Shown: in pieces, positions 19,868 through 28,013 of the stretch
How the letters are laid out: every line of letters begins with the position of its first letter
How positions within the stretch are numbered: position 1 is the stretch's first letter
Origin: Hylemonella sp.
GTDB lineage: Bacteria; Pseudomonadota; Gammaproteobacteria; Burkholderiales; Burkholderiaceae_C
Assembly (NCBI GenBank): GCA_044376885.1
Contig: JBILKC010000001.1
Location: 1-29,276 of the forward strand
Direction of reading: 5' to 3'
DNA: 29,276 nucleotides
Notes under the pieces: generated by a model
The model's database searches: none
What the model was told of the DNA's origin: nothing
The model's input: the letters and a program-made list of their open reading frames with translations, nothing else
Position numbers and translations under genes: made by a program

Positions 19868-20820
19868 GCGCGACCCATCAGACGTAACACGCCCTGCCAT
19901 TGTTGAGACCAGAAACCCCGGCCATACTCACGCCCCTGTTCGACCTGGTCACGCACGCCGGTCGGTTCAAAACGACGCTCAAAGTTGGCGGTGCCCCAGA
20001 GCATGTCCCACCACGGGAACAACACCCCGAAATTGCAACCACCCAGGGTCTGGCGACCACCCGACTCGTGTCCCACGCCTATGCTGTGGTGCATGCGATG
20101 AAAGCGGGGGCTGACCCACAGCCGCTCACCCCAGCGGCCGAACCAGAGCCTCAGATTGGCATGCTGAAAGTTTTCACTGAGCTGGGTGATTGCGACAATT
20201 GCCACAAACTGCCCCGGTGCCACGCCGATGAGGTGGGCCAGGGCCACCAGGAGCAGGTCGCGGATCAGGTCATCAAGCAGGTGGTTGCGGTTGTCGCTCC
20301 ACATCGTCATCTGGCGCTGGGCATGGTGCAAGGCATGCAGTCGCCACCACCATTCAAGATGGTGCTGGCCGCGATGAATCCAGTAATCGGCAAGATCAAA
20401 AACCAGCAGGTAGATCAGCAAACTCACCAGCGGCAGATCGGTCAGTCCCGGCACCAGGTCATCCAGTTGAAACGTGCCCAGACCGGCCACTCGCATCAGC
20501 CCAAAAAAGTCATCGACCAGCGGCGTGACAGCAAAAAACATCACCAGCCTGAACAGCCCCAGCCGGTGGATCAACGTGTAAATCATGTCGGTGCGCACGG
20601 TGGCTCTGTCGGTCACGGCTTCAACCGGCCACAAGCGCTGCAGCGGGCCGATCAGGCATACCAGAACCAGCAACTGAATAGCCCCGACCAGCAGCCAGCC
20701 TGTGGCATCAAAGGCATCCTCCAGTCGACCGCCCAGACCCATCTTGAACACCAGCGGGCCCACAACCGACTCGAACAAGCCTTGCTGCAGCTCTGAGAAC
20801 AGATTGATCCAGTCGTTCAT
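19864..20820 (-). CDS. Sterol desaturase / fatty-acid hydroxylase family (membrane di-iron enzyme)
   Basis: His boxes YWIHRGQH, LHALHH, FQHAN, HRMHH; NFGVLFPWWDMLWGT. Start 20820 or TTG 20838. Confidence 0.9.
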   Translation of the reverse strand: MNDWINLFSELQQGLFESVVGPLVFKMGLGGRLEDAFDATGWLLVGAIQLLVLVCLIGPLQRLWPVEAVTDRATVRTDMIYTLIHRLGLFRLVMFFAVTPLVDDFFGLMRVAGLGTFQLDDLVPGLTDLPLVSLLIYLLVFDLADYWIHRGQHHLEWWWRLHALHHAQRQMTMWSDNRNHLLDDLIRDLLLVALAHLIGVAPGQFVAIVAITQLSENFQHANLRLWFGRWGERLWVSPRFHRMHHSIGVGHESGGRQTLGGCNFGVLFPWWDMLWGTANFERRFEPTGVRDQVEQGREYGRGFWSQQWQGVLRLMGRA

Positions 20821-20838
20821 GTCTTCATCACACCACAA

Positions 20839-21663
20839 CTAACGCGGAAACTGACTCAGCCAGGCCTGATAGGACGGGTGGGTACGCAGGGTCTGAAAGC
20901 AAAAACCACGTTCTTTGAGCCCCACAATCAGCGGCTCCAGAACACCGGGTGCCCAGGGGTCTTGTCTTGACCAGATGCCCAGATGCGCCATCAAAATGTC
21001 ACCGCTGCGAATGTCCTGCAAGGCACGGCGCAACAGCGTCGTATTGCTGAACTTGTCGCTGGGCAATTCATCACCCAAAAAACCTGCCGCAGCCCACGCC
21101 ACGTGCTCAAACCCGCAGTCACGGGCAGCCTTGAGCAAAGCGGGCGATGTTTTGCCGCCTGGGGCACGAAAAAGCGGCAATGTTTTTTTACCGGTAACCG
21201 CTTCCAGCCGCAGCGCTGCATCCTGAATGGCGCTGCAGTATTGGCGGGCATCCCACACCATGTCTTGCCCGGCCAAGGCTCCCGCACTGGGGCGCACCCG
21301 AAAACGAGCCTCAGACGCGTCAGGGGTGCTGACATCCGCACGCCAGTAGACATGGTCCAGCGTGTGCGAGGCAAACTCATGGCCCTCTGCGGCTCTGGCT
21401 TTCCACCAGGGTGCCCAGTACTCGCCCAGACTGCCGTCCCCCTGGCGGGTACGCTCCTGGGCACCAAAAAAGGTGGCACGCACCTGCTGGCGCGTCAGCA
21501 CCTCAGCCACCAGATCCGCCACACCCATGTGGCCGGTATCAAACGTCAGATACACCGGTTTCTTACAAGATAATTCGCCTTTAGCCCATGAAGGTAAAGG
21601 GTTTATAGCTACAAATGTTATAGCTATAAGGAATTTCAGGAAGGCATTATTGGCGCGGCGCAT
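20839..21663 (-). CDS. Exported polysaccharide deacetylase (CE4/NodB-like)
   Basis: Signal-like N-terminus; YLTFDTG, ATFF, FASHTLDH, FRAPGG, DILMAH. Confidence 0.87.
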   Translation of the reverse strand: MRRANNAFLKFLIAITFVAINPLPSWAKGELSCKKPVYLTFDTGHMGVADLVAEVLTRQQVRATFFGAQERTRQGDGSLGEYWAPWWKARAAEGHEFASHTLDHVYWRADVSTPDASEARFRVRPSAGALAGQDMVWDARQYCSAIQDAALRLEAVTGKKTLPLFRAPGGKTSPALLKAARDCGFEHVAWAAAGFLGDELPSDKFSNTTLLRRALQDIRSGDILMAHLGIWSRQDPWAPGVLEPLIVGLKERGFCFQTLRTHPSYQAWLSQFPR

Positions 21664-22627
21664 GGTCCAGCGTCCAAACCCCATGGGGGGATTTACCCAC
21701 CTTGACCTGACGCACCACCTGGCGCGTCGTGGTGTCGATCACCGTGAGCCGCTTGGCCCAGCGGGATGTGACGTAGAGAAACCGGCCATCTTTGGACACA
21801 TCCATGCAATCGGGCCCGCTGGGGGCGGCGAAAGTATCAACCGTGGTGAGTGTCGCGAGGTTGATCTTGCTGATGGAGTCGGCCACCCGGTTGCTGACAA
21901 AGACGTGCTTGGCATCGCCTGCAGCGCGAAACGCATGAGCGCCCTTGCCGGTCTCGATAGTTTTGACCAGCTTAGGATCGGCACCGGTTGCGTCATAGAC
22001 CTCCACACCATTGCTGCCGGTCAACCCCACCAGAATCAGCCTGTCATCGGCGGTGCCAAAAACATCCGCGGGCATCTGGCCGGTTTTGACGCGCGACTTC
22101 ACCGCCTGCAAAGCCAGATCGATCACCACCAGCTCGTTGCTGTCCTGCATGGTCACATACACCACCGTGCTGCGCGTATCAATCCACAAATGGCTGGGCG
22201 TCTTGCCGGTTGCAATCCGCTTGGCCAAATGAAAATCCTTGCCGTCCCAGCGATAAATATCGACGTGGTTGAGCCGGTTGGCAGCAGTCACAAACCATTT
22301 CATGTCGGGAGAAAAGCGCAGGTGGTAGGGATCCACAATGCCACGCACGGTACGCTGCACTTCAGCGGTTTTAGGGTCAAGAAAAGTCAGGGAGTCGCTG
22401 GCGGCATTGGCCACAATAAGGGATTTTTCGTCAGGTGTCAGGTACAGATGATGCGGCTCTTTACCGGTAGGAATGCGCCGGATTTCGGTCCATGTGTCCG
22501 GGTTGATCACACTCACATTGGCATCCAGCGAGTTCAGCACAAACAGGGGGTAAGACTGGGCCGTCACCACGGGTGCGAAGAGCCCAAGCAAAGCCAAAAC
22601 CCAGGAAAAACGAAAAATTGAGATCAC
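21647..22627 (-). CDS. Exported YVTN/YncE-type beta-propeller protein
   Basis: Signal peptide; about seven repeats (IPTGKEPHHL, IATGKTPSHL, VKTGQMPADV, IETGKGAHAF, VKVGKSPHGV). Confidence 0.88.
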   Translation of the reverse strand: MISIFRFSWVLALLGLFAPVVTAQSYPLFVLNSLDANVSVINPDTWTEIRRIPTGKEPHHLYLTPDEKSLIVANAASDSLTFLDPKTAEVQRTVRGIVDPYHLRFSPDMKWFVTAANRLNHVDIYRWDGKDFHLAKRIATGKTPSHLWIDTRSTVVYVTMQDSNELVVIDLALQAVKSRVKTGQMPADVFGTADDRLILVGLTGSNGVEVYDATGADPKLVKTIETGKGAHAFRAAGDAKHVFVSNRVADSISKINLATLTTVDTFAAPSGPDCMDVSKDGRFLYVTSRWAKRLTVIDTTTRQVVRQVKVGKSPHGVWTLDHAPRQ

Positions 22628-22726
22628 AAAAAAACCGTTTCGAAGATTGCTGTCAAGTGTAACGGGGTGCCATTCAAGCCGATGCCATGAGCCTGATGAT
22701 CATGTGGACAATTCTGCCCGGTCAAA

Positions 22727-23467
22727 TCATTTGAGCAGCAGCAGGTCAGCTGCATCGAGCCAGCGCCATTGGCCCGGTGCCATATCGGCGGGCAACTGCA
22801 AGCCACCTATGCTTGATCGGTGCAAGCCCTCGACCCGGTTACCCACCGCCGCCAGCATGCGTTTGACCTGGTGGTATTTGCCTTCGGTCAGCGTCAGCCT
22901 GAGGTGATGGCTGTCTGTTTGCTCACAGGCCGCCGCACGCACAGATTTGGGGTCGTCATCCAGCACCACACCAGCCAGCAGTTTGCTGATCTGGTTTGCA
23001 TCCAAAGCATGCTTGACCGTCACTTCATACACCTTGGGTACGTGGTGGCGCGGCGAGCTCATGCGGTGAATAAACTTGCCGTCATCGGTAAGCAACAGCA
23101 GGCCAGTGGTATCTTGGTCCAGACGGCCCACCGCCTGGACGCCCTGCACCGCTCCCTTCTGGGGCCGCATCCGCAGGGGTGTCGGCAGCAGGGTGTAAAT
23201 GCTGGGGTAGGTGGATGGCTTTTGCGAGCATTCGGTACCGGCCGGCTTGTTCAACATCAGGTAAGCCAGCGGGTGGTAGGTCCAGTCCACGCCCATCACC
23301 CGAAAGCGAAGCTGGTTTTCAGTGAGAACTTTCGCAGACTCAAGAACCGTCACAGGCTCTGTCGCGTCTTCACCCTCAAATACCTGAACCAGGCCCTGTT
23401 GGATCAGGCCTGCGCAGACCCGGCGCGTTCCAAAACCCTGTGAATAAAGAATATCTTGCAATTGCAT
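22727..23467 (-). CDS. rsuA: RsuA-family rRNA pseudouridine synthase
   Basis: LMLNKPAG, VGRLDQDTTGLLLLTDDG, LTEGKYHQVKRM, LHRSSIG. Confidence 0.9.
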   Translation of the reverse strand: MQLQDILYSQGFGTRRVCAGLIQQGLVQVFEGEDATEPVTVLESAKVLTENQLRFRVMGVDWTYHPLAYLMLNKPAGTECSQKPSTYPSIYTLLPTPLRMRPQKGAVQGVQAVGRLDQDTTGLLLLTDDGKFIHRMSSPRHHVPKVYEVTVKHALDANQISKLLAGVVLDDDPKSVRAAACEQTDSHHLRLTLTEGKYHQVKRMLAAVGNRVEGLHRSSIGGLQLPADMAPGQWRWLDAADLLLLK

Positions 23468-23482
23468 GCCAGGAGTATCTCA
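23468..23482 (-). promoter_or_regulatory. Candidate extended -10 directly before the rsuA start (leaderless-type)
   Basis: Minus strand TGA-GATACT-CCTGGC-ATG; no SD. Confidence 0.4.
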
Positions 23483-23755
23483 AAGCCACTGCTGCGCCTG
23501 TACTTCAGATGGAAATATCACGGCAACGCCCAGGTGCACTCAACAGCGGTCAGGGCAATCGGGTCCTTGCCGCGCTGGCATTGCGATGCATCGAGATGGA
23601 TAGTTCACAGGGTACGCTGCCCAACAGACCAATTTACACCAGCAGCTGATGCTCGCTCCTGTATTTCCAACCGGAAATACACGCAAACAAACTCATCACA
23701 AATGACCCGACACAGCGTATCAATGAAGCCATTCCAAGGTGGGGAGAAATAGCTG

Positions 23756-24487
23756 TTGACACCCTGGAGGCCAAAATTTGCCCATCTGCAACGCAGAAGG
23801 CTCCATGTTGAAGTACACCGCATGGACCGAATTGGCTGGCTGCGCGCTGCTGTGCTGGGTGCCAATGACGGCATTGTTTCAACTGCCAGTTTGATGGTTG
23901 GTGTCGCAGCCGCGAACACCAGTCTGCACAACATCCTTGTGACGGGCGTGGCTGGTCTGGTTGCCGGTGCCATGTCCATGGCCGCAGGAGAATATGTGTC
24001 CGTGCACTCCCAGGCTGACACCGAAAAGGCAGACCTGGCTCGCGAGACCCTGGAGTTGCAAACAGATCCGACCACCGAATTGAAGGAACTGCAAGACATC
24101 TATATCTCCAGAGGGGTGGAACCTGCCATCGCCTTGCAAGTTGCAACACAACTGATGCGTCAGGATGCCATTGGTGCACATGCGCACGACGAGCTGGGCA
24201 TCACGCAAACGATCAGTGCTCGCCCCGTACAGGCAGCGCTGGCTTCTGCAGGCAGTTTCGCTGTAGGTGCTTGCTTGCCCTTGGGGGTTGCGGCAATAGC
24301 CCCCAGAGCAACCCAGATGATCTGGATGGTCGGTATGTCCCTGGTCTTCCTGGCACTCATGGGCGTACTTGCGGCCAAAGTCAGCAAGGTCAATTCATGG
24401 GTTAGCGCACTTCGCATCACCTTCTGGGGGGCGCTGGCCATTGCAGTAACGGCGGGTGTTGGCTCGCTTTTCGGTGTTGTTGCGTGA
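23756..24487 (+). CDS. VIT1/CCC1 family Fe/Mn transporter
   Basis: WLRAAVLGANDGIVS, AGAMSMAAGEYVSV, AHAHDELGI, PVQAALAS. Start uncertain (TTG 23756 with upstream GGGGAG). Confidence 0.9.
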   Translation: MTPWRPKFAHLQRRRLHVEVHRMDRIGWLRAAVLGANDGIVSTASLMVGVAAANTSLHNILVTGVAGLVAGAMSMAAGEYVSVHSQADTEKADLARETLELQTDPTTELKELQDIYISRGVEPAIALQVATQLMRQDAIGAHAHDELGITQTISARPVQAALASAGSFAVGACLPLGVAAIAPRATQMIWMVGMSLVFLALMGVLAAKVSKVNSWVSALRITFWGALAIAVTAGVGSLFGVVA

Positions 24488-24671
24488 TGAGTGAGCTGGA
24501 TCCTGCAGTGAGCCTTGGCGCAGCAGAAATGGCTTTTGCCTTCATGGGTCTTTACTGTAATTGCTTCTTCCCTCGGTACGCTGTCGCACAGCGCAAACGA
24601 GGGTGATTCGCGATAGTCCGCTGGCGTGCTGCCAAAACTTCGGCACCGCCTGCAAGCATCCAAAAGAAGGA

Positions 24672-25169
24672 ATGACCATGCGCAATTTTGTTACCGTGGT
24701 GTTCGATGACACGCAAAAAGCCTATAAGGGTCTGCATGCCTTGTGGCAACTCGACGAGGCCGGCGACATCACCGTGCACCGCACGGCCGTCGTTCATCGC
24801 GACGAGTGGGGTCACTTTCGGGTAGACACCAAGGAGACTCATGCCGTGTATGCGACCGCAGTTGGCGTTGGCATCGGCGCATTGCTGGGCATGCTGGCAG
24901 GGCCTGCTGGCGTGGCCATCGGTGCTGCTGGCGGCGCAGCCATTGGCGCGACGGCCGGAGCAGTGATCGGTAGCGCCATAAGTATGGGTCGCTCACAGGC
25001 CCTTGACGATGTGGGTTTTAAGGCAGGATTTGTGCTTGACCGTAGCCACTCTGAAGTCATCGCCGACATCACTGAAGATTGGCCTTGGGACATCAATGCC
25101 CGGATGCGTAGCCTTCAAGGAACAGTATTTCGGCGTTCCTTGGCAGTATCAGGCCTGATCCCACGGTAG
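24672..25169 (+). CDS. DUF1269-like glycine-zipper membrane protein, possibly 3'-truncated
   Basis: SD GAAGGA; FVTVVFDD, GVGIGALLGMLAGPAG, EDWPW...GTVFRR; stop lies inside the convergent nnr 3' end. Confidence 0.7.
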   Translation: MTMRNFVTVVFDDTQKAYKGLHALWQLDEAGDITVHRTAVVHRDEWGHFRVDTKETHAVYATAVGVGIGALLGMLAGPAGVAIGAAGGAAIGATAGAVIGSAISMGRSQALDDVGFKAGFVLDRSHSEVIADITEDWPWDINARMRSLQGTVFRRSLAVSGLIPR

Positions 25170-26660
25170 CTGGCGAAGCACCGCCGGCAGGCTGTCGGGC
25201 AAATCTTCGGCCAGCAGGCCAGGGCCAAAGTGGGCGGCAGCAGCACCATGCAGCCACACGGCGGCGGCGGCGGCCATGAAGGGCTCCATACCCTGTGCCA
25301 GCAGGCCCAGAACCATGCCCGCCAGCACATCACCGGAACCGGCTGTGGCCAGCGTAGGCGGCGCGTTGGCGTTGATGATGGCGCGTCCATCGGGCGAGGC
25401 AATCACGGTGTCGCTACCTTTGAGCACAACAACCGCCTGGCAAGCCTGAGCGGCAGCGCATGCGCGGGACAGCTTGTCGCCGCGCATGTCGATGAGGCCT
25501 TCAAACAGCCGCTTGAACTCGCCCTCGTGGGGCGTGAGCACACACGGGCCGTGGATGGACTTGAACAAGGTGTCGGGGTTGTCCTTGAAGCTTGACAAAG
25601 CGTCGGCATCCAGCACGGTGGCACGGCCGGTTTTGAGCATCGCCAGCACGCGCGACTGCGTCTCTCGTGCTACGCCTGCACCAGGGCCAATCAGCAGGGC
25701 GCGAAAGCGCACATCGGACAGCAAAAGATCCAGATCCTGCGGCCGGGCCACCGGGCTCACCATCACGCTGGTCAACGCTGCGGCATAGACCGGCAGCGCA
25801 ACTTCGGGCACGGCGACTGTGGTCAGGCCTGCACCCATCCGGGCTGCAGCCCGCGCCGCCATACGCGCTGCGCCGGTCGTCGGCCAGCCACCCCAAACCA
25901 AGGCGTGACCCCGGGTGTATTTGTGACCGTCTGCTTGCAAACCCGGCATGGCAGCAGCCCAGAGTGCGGGGGCGTTCTCAAAAATGGCGGGCTTGATGTG
26001 CTCGAATACCGAAAGCGGCGTTCCGATGTCTTGCACCACGAGTTCGCCGCACAGGCTACGGCCTGGCTGCAGCAAGTGGCCTGGCTTTTTGCGGAAAAAA
26101 GTCACGGTCAGCACAGCGGGCACCGCGCCCAGGTTGGCTCCGGTATCACCCATCAAGCCGCTGGGCACATCAACGGCCACGATGGGCAGCTTGCGCGCTG
26201 CCGCCTCGGCCAGGGTCTGTGCGGCCGCACCGTCGAGCGCGCGACTCAGACCCGCGCCAAAAAGGGCATCCACCACCAGTTCGGCCATGTCCAGTGCAGC
26301 AGGCACCAAGGGTTCGACAGGTCCGTGCCATAGGCTGGCGTGATGCGCCGCCGCACCGCGCAGGGTCGGCACTGGCACCAGCGTGGCCACACGCACCGGC
26401 CAGCCCGCCGCTGCCAGTTGACGCGCGATAACAAAGCCGTCACCACCGTTGTTTCCTGGCCCGCAAAGCACCAGTACGGCGCAAGACGCCCAGCGCTGTC
26501 GAATCGCCAAAGCCACGAGCCGACCCGCGTTGTCCATCAAATGGTTCTCGCCGAGTCCGCCGGCTACGGTCAGACGGTCGGCCAGCGCCATCTGAGAGGC
26601 TGTCAACAGTGCGGTTGGGCAGTCAGGACCGGCGAAACCGGTGTCCGTCACGCGCTGCAT
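25149..26660 (-). CDS. nnr: Bifunctional NAD(P)H-hydrate epimerase/dehydratase
   Basis: LMDNAG, CGPGNNGGDG, VDALFGAG, AVDVPSG, HKYTRG, LDADAL, TPHEGEF, LATAGSGDVLAG. Confidence 0.95.
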   Translation of the reverse strand: MQRVTDTGFAGPDCPTALLTASQMALADRLTVAGGLGENHLMDNAGRLVALAIRQRWASCAVLVLCGPGNNGGDGFVIARQLAAAGWPVRVATLVPVPTLRGAAAHHASLWHGPVEPLVPAALDMAELVVDALFGAGLSRALDGAAAQTLAEAAARKLPIVAVDVPSGLMGDTGANLGAVPAVLTVTFFRKKPGHLLQPGRSLCGELVVQDIGTPLSVFEHIKPAIFENAPALWAAAMPGLQADGHKYTRGHALVWGGWPTTGAARMAARAAARMGAGLTTVAVPEVALPVYAAALTSVMVSPVARPQDLDLLLSDVRFRALLIGPGAGVARETQSRVLAMLKTGRATVLDADALSSFKDNPDTLFKSIHGPCVLTPHEGEFKRLFEGLIDMRGDKLSRACAAAQACQAVVVLKGSDTVIASPDGRAIINANAPPTLATAGSGDVLAGMVLGLLAQGMEPFMAAAAAVWLHGAAAAHFGPGLLAEDLPDSLPAVLRQLPWDQA

Positions 26661-26688
26661 TGCTTTGAGTCATTGAGGTTGCTGTTGT

Positions 26689-26766
26689 CCACGGTGCCCC
26701 GGTCATGGTTTCGGAAACTTGCCAGAGTCTAGCCGCCTGTGCCCGATCCCGGGCCATCTGCGCTAC
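26689..26766 (-). pseudogene. C-terminal remnant of a short-chain dehydrogenase (retinol-DH/WWOX-like SDR)
   Basis: Translates as VAQMARDRAQAARLWQVSETMTGAPW, resembling the A-x-D-x3-A-x-RLW-x-x-SE-x-x-TG terminal helix; no upstream gene body. Confidence 0.6.
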
Positions 26767-26767
26767 T

Positions 26768-26887
26768 TCAGACCGGCGCGGCGAAGTGACCCATCCGCAC
26801 CAGTTTTTTGTTGACAAATTCCTGAATGCCCATATTGCCCGACTCGCGACCGTAGCCGGAATTGGGATTGATACTTTGGTAGCTCAT
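26768..26887 (-). pseudogene. Internally deleted NAD-dependent aldehyde (succinate-semialdehyde-type) dehydrogenase: 39-aa in-frame N/C fusion
   Basis: Below the ORF-track cutoff. ATG 26887 to TGA 26768 gives MSYQSINPN-SGYGRESGNMGIQEFVNKKLVRMGHFAAPV; GAGAG SD-like sequence upstream. Confidence 0.85.
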
Positions 26888-26899
26888 GACAGTGTGCTC

Positions 26900-27937
26900 T
26901 CAGGTTTCGATGATGACTTTAAGCGCGTGCGTCTTGGCCGCATGGCCGAAGGTGTCGTAGGCGTCCAGGATTTGCGCAAGCTTGAAGCGATGGGTGATGA
27001 GCGGCTTGGGATCGAGCCTGTGCGAACACAGCGTCTTGAGCAACATCGGCGTGCTGACCGTATCCACCAGCCTGGTGGTGATGCTGATGTTGCGGTCCCA
27101 CAGCTTCTCCAGGTGCAGATCGACCTTGACGCCATGCACGCCGATATTGGCCAGGACCCCTCCAGCCGCCACGATTTGTTGGCACAACTCGAAGGTCGCG
27201 GGCATACCGACCGCCTCAATGGCCGTATCAACGCCCAGGCCATCGGTGAGCTTCATCACCGTCTCGACCGCCTTGCCATTGCTGCTGTTGATGGTGTGGG
27301 TGGCGCCAAAGCGTTTAGCCACCTCCAGCCGACCATCATCCAGATCAATCATGATGGTCTGTGCCGGCGAATAAAACTGTGCTGTCAAGAGCGCCGCCAA
27401 ACCGATAGGCCCTGAGCCGACGATGGCGACCGTGCCGCCCGGCTGCACGCGGCCGTTGAGAACCCCGCATTCCAGTGCAGTAGGCAGAATGTCACTGAGC
27501 ATGACCAGGGCCTCTTCATCGGCCCCGGCCGGGATGGGATACAGGCTCATGTCCGCATGCGGAATTCGCACAAACTCAGCCTGGGTGCCGTCAATGGTGT
27601 TACCCAGAATCCAGCCGCCGGTGGTGCAGTGCGAATACATCTGGCGGCGGCAAAAGCTGCACTTGCCACAGGCACTGACGCACGAAATGAGCACCGGGTC
27701 GCCGATTTTGAAAGCGGTGACACCCGCGCCGACAGCGTCAATAACGCCCACACCCTCGTGACCCAGGATGCGCCCGGGTGTACAGGTCGGTACGTCGCCC
27801 TTGAGAATATGGAGATCGGTCCCGCAGATCGTCGTTCGGGTGACCCGCACGATGGCGTCGGTGGCTGCGCTGATGGCTGGCTTGGGACGGTCCTCCAGCG
27901 ACTTTTTGTTGGGGCCAAGATAAACGAGGGCTTTCAT
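26900..27937 (-). CDS. Zinc-dependent alcohol dehydrogenase (MDR family)
   Basis: ICGTDLH, GHEGVG, structural Zn CGKCSFC...C, GSGPIG, IEAVG. Confidence 0.95.
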   Translation of the reverse strand: MKALVYLGPNKKSLEDRPKPAISAATDAIVRVTRTTICGTDLHILKGDVPTCTPGRILGHEGVGVIDAVGAGVTAFKIGDPVLISCVSACGKCSFCRRQMYSHCTTGGWILGNTIDGTQAEFVRIPHADMSLYPIPAGADEEALVMLSDILPTALECGVLNGRVQPGGTVAIVGSGPIGLAALLTAQFYSPAQTIMIDLDDGRLEVAKRFGATHTINSSNGKAVETVMKLTDGLGVDTAIEAVGMPATFELCQQIVAAGGVLANIGVHGVKVDLHLEKLWDRNISITTRLVDTVSTPMLLKTLCSHRLDPKPLITHRFKLAQILDAYDTFGHAAKTHALKVIIET

Positions 27938-28013
27938 GCGGGACCTTCTGAGTCAGTAAACCCCTATGCTCATCGCTTGCCCCACGATGGGTCTGTTCGC
28001 TGGGACACCCAGC

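Noticed and set aside
21362-22621. 419-aa plus-strand ORF, and similar long ORFs at 19900-20796, 2764-3633, 5585-6367 and 26705-27415
   Set aside because: They are antisense shadows of well-supported genes, with no recognisable motifs; expected in GC-rich coding DNA.
23634-23732. 32-aa minus-strand ORF MASLIRCVGSFVMSLFACISGWKYRSEHQLLV
   Set aside because: No convincing SD and no recognisable family; compatible with chance.
23766-23779. GGAGG followed 6 nt later by in-frame TTT, suggesting a lost VIT1 start codon
   Set aside because: An in-frame TTG at 23756 has its own GGGGAG 9 nt upstream and an in-frame ATG exists at 23822, so inactivation is not supported.
24487-24606. 39-aa ORF starting in a TGATG overlap with the VIT1 stop
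   Set aside because: The overlap is suggestive, but the peptide has no recognisable features and one such overlap can be chance.
25260-25274. (GGC)5 tract as a possible contingency repeat
   Set aside because: It encodes an in-frame Ala run in nnr; triplet changes would not switch phase.
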